Below are positions 8,456 through 17,160 of a stretch of DNA of 64,000 nt, one piece after another. A program made the translations under genes and the position numbers. The stretch is taken from NCBI GenBank assembly GCA_045116295.1, contig JBGULQ010000013.1, positions 3,745 to 67,744 on the forward strand, written 5' to 3'. Numbering within the stretch: position 1 is the stretch's first letter; the number at the start of each line of letters is the position of its first letter. Below the pieces are notes generated by a model. It searched no databases and was not told where the DNA came from. It was given only the letters and a program-made list of their open reading frames with translations. The DNA is from Alphaproteobacteria bacterium (GTDB taxonomy: Bacteria > Pseudomonadota > Alphaproteobacteria > RF32 > CAG-239).

Positions 8456-9001
8456 TTATTTTAAATTTTTACCAAAATTGTAAGCTTTTTGAAGCAGATC
8501 ATTGTGTTTGCTAGCTTCTTTGGGATCATTTACACCGCCGCCGGCTAAAAGTCCGGCAAAGCGTGATTGTTCAAAACAAGCGACCCATCCTTTGAGGCCG
8601 TTGGCAGCATTATCAGATGCCTCGTCCGAAGCATCATAAGAGGTGGTCAACAGATAGACGTTGCGGAATTTGTTTTCTTGTGAGAACAGCGGGTTGCAAC
8701 GGTCCAAAAAGGTTTTGAGTTGACCGCTCATTTCATAGTAATAAATCGGGGTGGCAAAGACCAAAGTGTCTGCATTTTGAACCTTTTGAATCAGCTCAGC
8801 CATGTCATCTTTGATGACGCATTTGAGAGTTTTTTGGCAGGCAAGACAGCCTTTGCAAAAGTTGATTGCTTTGTCTTTGAGGCTGATAAATTCGGTCTCA
8901 AATCCGGCATCAACGGCACCGCGTTCTACTTCATGAGCAACTATCTCGGAGTTGCTTCCGCCACGCAAGCTTGATGAGATGATTAATACTTTTTTGGTCA
9001 T
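8456..9001 (-). CDS. iron-sulfur flavoprotein-like / NADPH-dependent FMN reductase family
   Basis: MTKKVLIISSSLRGGSNS plus CKGCLACQKTLKC (CX2CX2CX5C). Confidence 0.75.
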   Translation of the reverse strand: MTKKVLIISSSLRGGSNSEIVAHEVERGAVDAGFETEFISLKDKAINFCKGCLACQKTLKCVIKDDMAELIQKVQNADTLVFATPIYYYEMSGQLKTFLDRCNPLFSQENKFRNVYLLTTSYDASDEASDNAANGLKGWVACFEQSRFAGLLAGGGVNDPKEASKHNDLLQKAYNFGKNLK

Positions 9002-9011
9002 TTTTATATCC

Positions 9012-10025
9012 TTATTTTAATTTGTTATATTCTTCATCGGCAACAGGTTCAAGCCACTCAGTCGAGCCGCCTTCACTTGGAATTTCAACAGCAATGTGGG
9101 TAAACCAGCTGTCTTTGGCAGCACCATGCCAGTGTTTGGTTTCGGGCGGAATGTTTACGACATCGCCGGGGTTAAGCTCACGAGCTTCTTCTCCCCAAGC
9201 CTGATACCAACCGCGTCCCGATACGGCAATCAAAATTTGACCGCCTTTGTGGTGAATATGCCAGTTGTTGCGGCATTTGGGCTCAAAGGTTACATTAAAC
9301 ATCGGCACACCTTCTTTATTGATAGGTTGCAGGTAGCTTTGTCCGATAAAATATTTTCCGTAAGGGTTTTTCTCGCCCATGCCGAACAGAATATTTTCGG
9401 CTCGAGCTTTTGAGGCAATCAATAAAACTTCTTTTATTTGCTCATCAGTCAGCCCGTTATGTTTGGCAATTTGAATATGAGCATTGAGTTGACTTTCTAC
9501 ACCTTCACGAGTGGCAAGCATAGCAATGGTTGCCAGTTCTCTGGTTTGCCAGTCGATATCGGAACGAGAGAAAATATCGCCGAATAAGTGAGATTTTAAA
9601 TATTCATCAATTGCCGGTGCAAAATCAAATAATTTGCCTTTAACTTCTGAGCCGACCAATTTGGTTTGGTTTTCAGCACCGGTGGCAAGTGCATTATCAA
9701 GCGGGGTTGATTTTGGGGCAGAAGTATCAAGAGATTTTTCTTCTGCCAGTTGCATTAGAGTTGCCAAGGCATTCAAACTGCGAGGAAAACCGCAGTAAGC
9801 ATAGGACTGAACCAGAACTTCACGCAGTTCGTTGACGGAAGCACCTTGGTTTATGCCCTCAGCTAAGGCTTTTTTTAAGCCCTGTTGGTCACCAAGTGCG
9901 GCATAAGCAGCACTTGCGGCAATTGATTGTTGTTTGGCAGATAAAGTATTCTGTGCCATAGTATTTTCTCCCCCAAAAATTGATACTGCTATCAGCAATA
10001 TTGGTAATATTTTTTTGATTGCCAT
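9012..10025 (-). CDS. exported carboxymuconolactone-decarboxylase-family / cupin fusion protein
   Basis: N-terminal signal (ILPILLIAVSIFGG...MAQN), a CMD-like helical domain, and a C-terminal cupin (NWHIHHKGGQILIAVSGRGWYQ...GDVVNIPPETKHWHGA). Confidence 0.7.
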   Translation of the reverse strand: MAIKKILPILLIAVSIFGGENTMAQNTLSAKQQSIAASAAYAALGDQQGLKKALAEGINQGASVNELREVLVQSYAYCGFPRSLNALATLMQLAEEKSLDTSAPKSTPLDNALATGAENQTKLVGSEVKGKLFDFAPAIDEYLKSHLFGDIFSRSDIDWQTRELATIAMLATREGVESQLNAHIQIAKHNGLTDEQIKEVLLIASKARAENILFGMGEKNPYGKYFIGQSYLQPINKEGVPMFNVTFEPKCRNNWHIHHKGGQILIAVSGRGWYQAWGEEARELNPGDVVNIPPETKHWHGAAKDSWFTHIAVEIPSEGGSTEWLEPVADEEYNKLK

Positions 10026-10034
10026 GTTTGTTCC

Positions 10035-11102
10035 TTATTTAAGATTGGTTTTGAAAAATTCTTCAATTTTATCAAACGGGATTTTTTCTAGGTTGTCATA
10101 CAAATCTACATGATTTGCATCAGGAACAATGTATAACTCTTTGTTTTCTCCGGTGAGTTTTTTGAACGCGTCTTCCGAGAAATAACGGCTGTGAGCTTTT
10201 TCACCATGAATCATTAAAACAGCACTTTTGATGGTGTCGCTATAGGCCAAAATAGGTTGGGTTATCAGTGAAAGAGCAGAAGTGGTGTTCCAGTGTCCGT
10301 TAGAGTTAATCGAACGTTTGTGGAAACCGCGCGGTGTTTTGTAATATTCGAAATATTCTTTTACAAACAGCGGTTCGTTGCCGGTCAATTTATCAGGAAG
10401 ACCAGGAGCTTCGGCATAAGTGCCTTTCATGGCATCTTCGGTGCGTTGTGCGTTCAAGCTTTGGCGTAGTTTGTAGAGGTCATCTGCAGACATTGAGTCA
10501 TTATAGCCTTTGGCACTTACTCTGGTCATGTCATACATGGTGGAAGTAACAGTTGCTTTAATACGGGTATCTTGAGCGGCAGCATTAAGCCCAAAACCAC
10601 CAAAACCGCAAATTCCGATAATTCCGATTTTGTCTTTGTCAACGTAAGACAGAGTGCTTAGGAAATCGACAGCGGCGCTAAAGTCTTCAGTATTGATATC
10701 TGGAGAAGCGACGTTACGAACATTACCTTCTGATTCTCCGGTAAATGATGGATCAAAGGCCAAAGTTACAAAGCCGCGTTCGGCCAGTGTTTGAGCATAC
10801 AGACCTGAAGCCTGTTCTTTAACAGCACCGAACGGACCGGAGACGGCAATGGCCGGAAATTGTTTGTTATCACGGTCTTTAGGAAGATAGATGTTGCCGA
10901 CCAAAACGATACCGAAACGGTTTTGGAAGGATACGCGGTGAGTTTCAACTTTATCACTTTGAGGGAACACTTTGTCCCATTGAGGAGTGTTTTCGGCGGT
11001 GTCGGTTGATTTGTTTTCTACTGCTGGGGTGTCTTTTTTCATAAAATAATAACCTCCTGCTAATACGGTTATTGCAATCAGTGATAAAATTATTTTTTTC
11101 AT
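10035..11102 (-). CDS. alpha/beta hydrolase (dienelactone-hydrolase-like, Cys elbow)
   Basis: 355 aa with an N-terminal hydrophobic anchor or signal. The nucleophile elbow is GICGFGG (G-x-C-x-G). Confidence 0.7.
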   Translation of the reverse strand: MKKIILSLIAITVLAGGYYFMKKDTPAVENKSTDTAENTPQWDKVFPQSDKVETHRVSFQNRFGIVLVGNIYLPKDRDNKQFPAIAVSGPFGAVKEQASGLYAQTLAERGFVTLAFDPSFTGESEGNVRNVASPDINTEDFSAAVDFLSTLSYVDKDKIGIIGICGFGGFGLNAAAQDTRIKATVTSTMYDMTRVSAKGYNDSMSADDLYKLRQSLNAQRTEDAMKGTYAEAPGLPDKLTGNEPLFVKEYFEYYKTPRGFHKRSINSNGHWNTTSALSLITQPILAYSDTIKSAVLMIHGEKAHSRYFSEDAFKKLTGENKELYIVPDANHVDLYDNLEKIPFDKIEEFFKTNLK

Positions 11103-11111
11103 GTATTTCTC

Positions 11112-11747
11112 CTATCGGATAAAGTTGGTAAACACAATTTGTTCTTCTGCGGGCATAGGTACGCCGGCTTTTTTACCGGCTTCCTGACATTTTAGGTGCC
11201 AAGCCATATTGCGGGCTAATATGCGCATATTTTGCAGGCCCTCAAGGTCTTGTCGGACTTCATCGGGTGTATGTCCGTGTACCATATTCCAATATCTGCC
11301 GGATATTACGGGCATTTCGGATATGGTAAAATATTTGTTGAGTTGATCAAGAGTTGCGGTAGTTCCCGAGCGACGAGCGCTGGCAACGGCGGCTCCCGGT
11401 TTGTGGCGGAAAATTGCGCCGTTACCGGACATAAATGCTGAAAAGAAAGCTCGGTCTAAAAAAGAGGTTATTGCACCGCCGGCAGAGGCATAATGTACGG
11501 GAGAGCCGAAAATAAAGGCATCAGCGTTTTTAGCAAGCTCAAGAAACTCGTTGACTTTGTCATCAATTACACAATGACCGAGTTTGCTACAACTTCCACA
11601 GCCGAGACAGCCGGATATAGGTTTGGTGCCGATGTGATAAATTTCAGAATCGATACCTTCAGTTTTAAGAGTTTGAGCGATTTCATTCAAAGCGGTAAAG
11701 GTACATCCGTTTTTGTGCGGAGAACCATTAACAAGCAAGACTTTCAT
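11112..11747 (-). CDS. iron-sulfur flavoprotein-like / NADPH-dependent FMN reductase family
   Basis: MKVLLVNGSPHKNGCT plus CLGCGSCSKLGHC (CX2CX2CX5C). Confidence 0.75.
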   Translation of the reverse strand: MKVLLVNGSPHKNGCTFTALNEIAQTLKTEGIDSEIYHIGTKPISGCLGCGSCSKLGHCVIDDKVNEFLELAKNADAFIFGSPVHYASAGGAITSFLDRAFFSAFMSGNGAIFRHKPGAAVASARRSGTTATLDQLNKYFTISEMPVISGRYWNMVHGHTPDEVRQDLEGLQNMRILARNMAWHLKCQEAGKKAGVPMPAEEQIVFTNFIR

Positions 11748-11759
11748 TATAATTTTCTC

Positions 11760-12608
11760 CTAATCTGCAGGTTTCCATTGAGTAAAACGTTGTTGTTCGG
11801 CAAGGGAGGCGGTGTAATAACGCTGTCCGTTGTCGAGTTTGGCGATTTCGCGCATTTCGTCGGCAGTCAGTTCAAAATCAAAAATATCAAAATTGTCGCG
11901 CATATGTTCAAGATTGGTAGTTTTGGGGAAGACAGAATTTCCCTCTTGAATATGCCAACGCAGAATGATTTGAACATTAGTTTTGCCATATTTTTGAGCA
12001 AGTTTTGTAAAGACAGGCTCATTAATCAGTTTGGGGTCGCCGTGACCGATCGGATACCAGCTTTCAATGATTGTGCCGTATTCGGCCATACGTTTTTTTA
12101 GTTCATGCTGAGGAAAATAAGGGTGGCATTCAACCTGAATTGCGGCGGGTTTGATGGTGGCGTGATTGAGCAAGTCGTCAAGATTTTCCTTAAAATTAGA
12201 AATTCCGATAGATTTGACTTTGCCGAGTTTGACGGCTTTTTCCATATCTTTCCATGCGCCGATATAGTCGCCGACCTGTTGGTGAAGTAGCAGAAGGTCA
12301 ATATAGTCGGTCTGCAGGCGGTCAAGCATTTTATCGATGGCTTCAAGGGTTTGACCTTCGCCGTATTCGGTCGGCCAAAGTTTGGTGGTAATCCAGACTT
12401 CACTACGTTTTAGGCCACTTTGTTTCAAAGCTGTGCCGACGCCACGCTCATTTTGGTAGGCGTGGGCGGTATCTATATGACGGTAGCCGAGTTTTATGGC
12501 GTTGAGGCAGGCGTTAACGGTTTCTTCTCCATCGGGAACCAAATATACACCCAAGCCGAATTGTGGCATTTTTTCGCCGTTATTTAAGGTTAAATAAGTT
12601 TGTGTCAT
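11760..12608 (-). CDS. aldo-keto reductase (DkgA-like)
   Basis: 282 aa. LNNGEKMPQFGLGVY, GYRHIDTAHAYQNE and IPKT-type C-terminal motifs are typical of the AKR superfamily. Confidence 0.85.
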   Translation of the reverse strand: MTQTYLTLNNGEKMPQFGLGVYLVPDGEETVNACLNAIKLGYRHIDTAHAYQNERGVGTALKQSGLKRSEVWITTKLWPTEYGEGQTLEAIDKMLDRLQTDYIDLLLLHQQVGDYIGAWKDMEKAVKLGKVKSIGISNFKENLDDLLNHATIKPAAIQVECHPYFPQHELKKRMAEYGTIIESWYPIGHGDPKLINEPVFTKLAQKYGKTNVQIILRWHIQEGNSVFPKTTNLEHMRDNFDIFDFELTADEMREIAKLDNGQRYYTASLAEQQRFTQWKPAD

Positions 12609-12623
12609 GATAATTTTCCTTTA

Positions 12624-13220
12624 TTAAAAACCTAATTCTTTGAGCCAAGCAGAAACCTTGGTTTGTGCCTTATCGGGAGAGTTTTGTGCCTCGTGTCCGT
12701 AAATTGCCAATCCGCTCAGGGTTTTAGCACCGGTGGCTTTTTTGAGGTTGGCGGGAATCTCGGATAAGCCGCTGCCTTCGTGAGTTACGAACGGAACGAC
12801 GGTTTTGCCCGACCAGTCATGTTTTTCAATAAAAGTATAGAGTGCCATAGGCATATCTGCCCACCAAACAGGGGAGCCGACGAAAACGACGTCATAGTCG
12901 TCAAAGTTTTCGACATCGCCAATGATGGCGGGGCGGGTGTTTTGAGATTTTTCCTGTTTTGCGACCTGTGTGAGTTCTGTATAACCGGCGGGGTAGGTGT
13001 CAGATTGGAGTTTGACTTCAAACAAATCGCCGTTGGTTTCACGAGCAATCATTTCAGCAACGATTGCGGTGTTGCCTTTAGTGATGTTGCCGACGCTGTA
13101 TTGTTCGCCGGTGCGTGAAAAATATACAATCAATGTTTTCATGTTTTTTTCCTCTGCTTTGACTGCCCAAGAGAGCAAGATTATGGTTAAGATGGTCAGG
13201 GCTAATATAATCTTTTTCAT
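12624..13220 (-). CDS. flavodoxin-fold protein with N-terminal signal peptide
   Basis: MKKIILALTILTIILLSWAVKAEE, then TLIVYFSRTGE. This is the first gene of the minus-strand operon. Confidence 0.75.
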   Translation of the reverse strand: MKKIILALTILTIILLSWAVKAEEKNMKTLIVYFSRTGEQYSVGNITKGNTAIVAEMIARETNGDLFEVKLQSDTYPAGYTELTQVAKQEKSQNTRPAIIGDVENFDDYDVVFVGSPVWWADMPMALYTFIEKHDWSGKTVVPFVTHEGSGLSEIPANLKKATGAKTLSGLAIYGHEAQNSPDKAQTKVSAWLKELGF

Positions 13221-13303
13221 GATTTTATCCTTTGATAGTTAAAAAGCTCCGATTTTGATGTGCGGAACGAGGTTGCGCATATATGATACGCTATTATGGG
13301 AGT

Positions 13304-13334
13304 AGTTTAAACTTTAGAGTAGGGTCTAAGTCAA
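13304..13334 (-). promoter_or_regulatory. MerR-type promoter (19-nt spacer with dyad) of the redox operon
   Basis: The minus strand reads TTGACT-TAGACCCTACTCTAAAGTT-TAAACT. The spacer is 19 nt and contains an imperfect dyad ACTTAGA/TCTAAAGT. The geometry matches that of copA/merT-type promoters. Confidence 0.45.
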
Positions 13335-13458
13335 GAATTTTTTTTGAGCATATGGGGAAAAATATAGTGGGAGGGAATTCGTTTACCTCTCGGGGGAGAT
13401 TTTTTGCTTGTCAAAATGATTTTTTTGATGATATTTTTGCCGGTAAAGGGAGAAAATT

Positions 13459-14550
13459 ATGAAAATGAGTATTATAATTTTAGCTGTTTTAACGGCGGTG
13501 TTTGTCGGGTATATCAATCTGCCAAAGTTTGGGCATTTGCCGGACAAAATCAGCATGCAAAAGATTGTTAAATCGCCAAACTATAAAAACGGGCGTTTTC
13601 AAAATCTGCATAATACGCCGGTGATGACAGGCGAGGGCAATTTTGTGGCGACAATGAGCGATTTTTATTTTGGTAATCATCCGGATACAAAACCAAACAA
13701 GCCTATTCCGACAATTAAGACAAACCTGAAATCTTTGGCTGAAAATCAAGATGTTTTGGTGTGGTTCGGGCATTCGTCGTATTATATCCAACTGGGCGGC
13801 AAAAAGTATTTGATTGATCCGGTGTTTAGCAACAATGCCTCGCCGATACCGTATAATGTTGTGCCTTTTAAGGGGACAAATGTATATAGTGCCGATGATA
13901 TGCCGGAAGTCGATTATATGGTTATTACTCACGACCATTATGACCATTTGGACTATGAAACAATTAAGAAAATTGCGCCGAAAGTCGGGCATTTTATTAC
14001 CGGACTGGGCGTGGGGTCGCATTTGCGCTACTGGGGAGTGGAAAACGAAAAAATCTCCGAACTCGATTGGGGCGAAAATCTTGCCCTCGATGGTGCAGAA
14101 ATTATGTGTTTGCCGGCAAGACATTTTTCGGGCCGGAGCTTGTGGAGAAGCCGCAGTCTGTGGGCGTCGTTTATGCTGAGTACACCGAACTATAAAGTTT
14201 ATATCGGCGGTGATTCCGGGTATGATGTTCATTATGCGCAAATCGGAGAAAAATTCGGCGGTGTCGATTTGGCAATTTTGGAGGCCGGTCAATATGATAA
14301 AAATTGGAAATATATCCACGAACAGCCGGACGAAATTGTACAGGCCGCAAGAGATTTGAAGGCAGAAAGAGTGTTGCCGGTGCATAACTCAAAATTTTCA
14401 ATCTGTAATCATGCGTGGTATGATCCGCTCGACAGAGTGGCAAAACTGAGCGAAGGCGAGGATTATCATTTGTTGACGCCGCAAATAGGCGAGGTGGTCA
14501 ATTTGCACGAAAAACAAGAGTTTTCTCATTGGTGGCAAAAAGTAAAATAA
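13459..14550 (+). CDS. membrane-anchored metallo-beta-lactamase-fold hydrolase
   Basis: 363 aa with an N-terminal helix and the HxHxDH motif (ITHDHYDHLD). Confidence 0.8.
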   Translation: MKMSIIILAVLTAVFVGYINLPKFGHLPDKISMQKIVKSPNYKNGRFQNLHNTPVMTGEGNFVATMSDFYFGNHPDTKPNKPIPTIKTNLKSLAENQDVLVWFGHSSYYIQLGGKKYLIDPVFSNNASPIPYNVVPFKGTNVYSADDMPEVDYMVITHDHYDHLDYETIKKIAPKVGHFITGLGVGSHLRYWGVENEKISELDWGENLALDGAEIMCLPARHFSGRSLWRSRSLWASFMLSTPNYKVYIGGDSGYDVHYAQIGEKFGGVDLAILEAGQYDKNWKYIHEQPDEIVQAARDLKAERVLPVHNSKFSICNHAWYDPLDRVAKLSEGEDYHLLTPQIGEVVNLHEKQEFSHWWQKVK

Positions 14551-14658
14551 AAGAGGTTTATCGTTTGGTTGCATAATATTTGGCGCCTTGTGGATACAGG
14601 GGCATAATTTGTTGCGATATCGCGAATTATGTTATAAAATCCGTGGAGGCTAAGTAGG

Positions 14659-16149
14659 GTGACCAATATGGATGTAATTGCCGGAAAAAATGGCAGCTTT
14701 TTTGTAGTTATGGGAAATATAGAGGCGAATGTTGCCAAGACACTCGCAAGTATTTCTTTTGATCAATTCAGTCGCTATAATGCGTGGTCAACTATGAAAA
14801 AAGTTTCAAAACTTACCGATTGGGAATATGCAGCACAAAATTCGTTGGATTTGAATGTATTGAATGATTTTAGCCATTATGCAAAATGTGTAGACTGGAA
14901 AGCTACACAAGATTTGGCCTTTTTTATTGAAATGGAAATCGGACGCGAACAGCTTGATGATGATGTGGAATTGAGGATTATTAATCCTAATAATTTTCAG
15001 AATGGTTTTAGATATACTGCTCCGAGAGAAGTGGCAGGGCTGCTTACTGATCCGGTGGTTTTGCATGATGATGATATACCGCAATTGCTGAAAAAAACCG
15101 GAATTTCAATCAAAAGAATGGTACTTTCAAATTTTGTAAAGTGGAATAGCGTTACTTATCGTGTTGATGTGGTACCGGCAAATACAGAAATTAAAAAAGT
15201 TATGGCAAAAGGTTCAGAAATTGCTATCGGAGAGTTTTGCTATGTTTTTAACTCTGATGATTGGACGTATATAAAAAATATTGATAACGCAATGAAACGT
15301 TGTGCCGGCAGTAAACATAAAATGTGGTTTTTGAAAAATAAGACCGATGAAGATGTTTTTAATGATGTAGTCAAAAAAATTTGTAAAGATAAAAATAAAC
15401 AAATTATGTATTCCGCGTTGTATAAAAAATATGTGGAATTGCAGGGAAGAAAAGCCGATTATCGCAGTGTGTTTGCGCATGAGTATCATCATGTCAAAAA
15501 TAGAATTTTGATTGAAAATCGCTGTCTGAAACCGGATACAAAAGCATTGTTGGCAGCAGATATCTATTATATTTTGGTTGAAGATGAGCGTTCCGCACAT
15601 TTGGCGGTGACATTGGATCGGTTGGATAGGTATTGGCATGACCATGATTGGGATAGTTTTGCTCGTAAAGAGCAATGTTTTGCCTTTTTGGCATCTCATA
15701 CCGAGGCAGAACGAAACAGGTTGTTACGAAATCTGGATTTTGTGATGAATACAAAGTTGAAGCATTGGACATATTATAGTCTTGATGCTCATTATCAAAA
15801 GCTTTCACTGCGATTGCCATGGCTGTTGAAATATAGTTCTGTTGCCAAGGGGATTGATGCGAGGCGCAAGGAGTATATATTGATGCGTTCGATGCTGTAT
15901 AGTTTCAGGGTGTATGATCCGGATGCTGATAAGTATAAGTTTGTGCAGCTTGATAAGTATATCAAAATAAATATTCCCGTATCCGGTAAAGTGATGTCTA
16001 ATGTGATTGAAAAAGCTCAGATGTTTATTGATCGTAAAAATAATGCCAAGGAGATGCTGAAAATAAAATATGGTATGACTGACAGAATGATAAAAGTTGC
16101 GGCAAATATTTATGACGATAATTTACGAATTAAAAGAGTAGGAAATTAA
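14659..16149 (+). CDS. hypothetical protein with HExxH motif (putative zinc metallopeptidase-like)
   Basis: 496-aa ORF with a GTG start at 14659 or an ATG at 14668. FAHEYHHVKN is encoded at 15478-15492. No signal peptide or TM segment, and I recognise no family. Confidence 0.6.
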   Translation: MTNMDVIAGKNGSFFVVMGNIEANVAKTLASISFDQFSRYNAWSTMKKVSKLTDWEYAAQNSLDLNVLNDFSHYAKCVDWKATQDLAFFIEMEIGREQLDDDVELRIINPNNFQNGFRYTAPREVAGLLTDPVVLHDDDIPQLLKKTGISIKRMVLSNFVKWNSVTYRVDVVPANTEIKKVMAKGSEIAIGEFCYVFNSDDWTYIKNIDNAMKRCAGSKHKMWFLKNKTDEDVFNDVVKKICKDKNKQIMYSALYKKYVELQGRKADYRSVFAHEYHHVKNRILIENRCLKPDTKALLAADIYYILVEDERSAHLAVTLDRLDRYWHDHDWDSFARKEQCFAFLASHTEAERNRLLRNLDFVMNTKLKHWTYYSLDAHYQKLSLRLPWLLKYSSVAKGIDARRKEYILMRSMLYSFRVYDPDADKYKFVQLDKYIKINIPVSGKVMSNVIEKAQMFIDRKNNAKEMLKIKYGMTDRMIKVAANIYDDNLRIKRVGN

Positions 16150-16211
16150 GCTTTTATTTATATTTTTTGATGTAAAATATACTAAACTTGGAACAATATG
16201 GAGATTATAAT

Positions 16212-16445
16212 ATGAGATTATTGCTTAGTTTGGCCGGATTGATTGCGCTGATTTGTGCAGTTGCATGGTGGGGATATGATGTTACGCCGGAAGCGTTATT
16301 TTATAAAACAGTAAATGCTGTTAAATCAATGGTTTCTACTACGGAAAAAGGTGCTTCTGATATGGGGGATGCTACATCTCGTTTTTCGGAAGTTATTAAA
16401 AATACATACAACAGTCAAGATATGACTGAGCCGGCAAAGTACTAA
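16212..16445 (+). CDS. small membrane-anchored protein
   Basis: MRLLLSLAGLIALICAVAWWGYDV... with a GGAG 8 nt upstream of the ATG at 16212. The track ORF starts earlier, at 16188. Confidence 0.5.
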   Translation: MRLLLSLAGLIALICAVAWWGYDVTPEALFYKTVNAVKSMVSTTEKGASDMGDATSRFSEVIKNTYNSQDMTEPAKY

Positions 16446-16466
16446 AGTGCTTATAGTTTATTTTAG

Positions 16467-16493
16467 AGCCCCAGAAATTGGGGCTTTAAATTT
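16467..16493 (+). terminator. rho-independent terminator
   Basis: AGCCCCA-GAAAT-TGGGGCT followed by TTAAATTT. Confidence 0.6.
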
Positions 16494-16527
16494 GACATTT
16501 GTCTGCAAATGAGATAGAAGTGACGGC

Positions 16528-17160
16528 ATGGAGGAGAAAATGCCGGATTTTGAATTTGAAAATAAATATAGCGGGATGGTGGCCGGAATTGATGAGGCAG
16601 GAAGAGGACCTTGGGCAGGTCCGGTCGTGGCCGGAGCTGTTGTTATATTGGATAAGAATCTCTCTAAGACATTACTAGATGGGCTTGATGACTCAAAAAA
16701 ACTATCTGCTAAAAAAAGAGAATTATTATATGATGAACTGTTTGCTGAACAGGCAAAAGGAAAGTTGTGCATCGGAATCGGCGAAGCCAGTTGTCAGGAA
16801 ATTGATGAACTGAATATTTTGCAGGCGACTTTTTTAGCGATGAAGCGGGCCGCTGATGAGTTGAGCGTGATTCCTGATGTGGCTTTGATTGATGGCAACA
16901 GAACTCCAAGTAATTTTAAGTGTAAGATTCAAACGATTATAAAAGGTGATGCAAAATCAATGTCTGTTGCCGCTGCTTCAATTGCTGCAAAAGTATATCG
17001 TGATCGAATAATGAAAGAAATGGCAAAAAAATATCCTTATTATGGTTTTGAAAAGAATGCCGGTTATGGGACTGCAGCACATATTGAGGGGTTGAAAAAA
17101 TACGGAATTACACCAGAGCACCGAAAAAGTTATAAGCCTATTCGTGAATTTATAAAATAA
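16528..17160 (+). CDS. rnhB: ribonuclease HII
   Basis: The GIDEAGRGPWAGPVV motif. A GGAGGAG lies before the second ATG at 16540, which may be the true start. Confidence 0.9.
   Translation: MEEKMPDFEFENKYSGMVAGIDEAGRGPWAGPVVAGAVVILDKNLSKTLLDGLDDSKKLSAKKRELLYDELFAEQAKGKLCIGIGEASCQEIDELNILQATFLAMKRAADELSVIPDVALIDGNRTPSNFKCKIQTIIKGDAKSMSVAAASIAAKVYRDRIMKEMAKKYPYYGFEKNAGYGTAAHIEGLKKYGITPEHRKSYKPIREFIK

Noticed and set aside
11493-12101. 202-aa + strand ORF antisense to the flavoprotein and AKR genes, together with similar antisense ORFs at 15214-15699, 18543-19064, 37750-38160 and 60028-60549
   Set aside because: All of them overlap well-supported genes on the other strand. None has an RBS or any motif.
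13357-13464. 35-aa upstream ORF (MGKNIVGGNSF...) ending in a TGA that overlaps the ATG of the MBL hydrolase gene
   Set aside because: It has no RBS and no conservation evidence. It lies inside a divergent promoter region where short ORFs arise by chance.
13489-14385. 298-aa ORF antisense to the MBL-fold hydrolase gene
   Set aside because: The sequence is low-complexity, Arg/Ile/His-rich and motif-free. The opposite strand encodes a protein with a clear HxHxDH metallo-hydrolase signature. It is most likely a shadow ORF.
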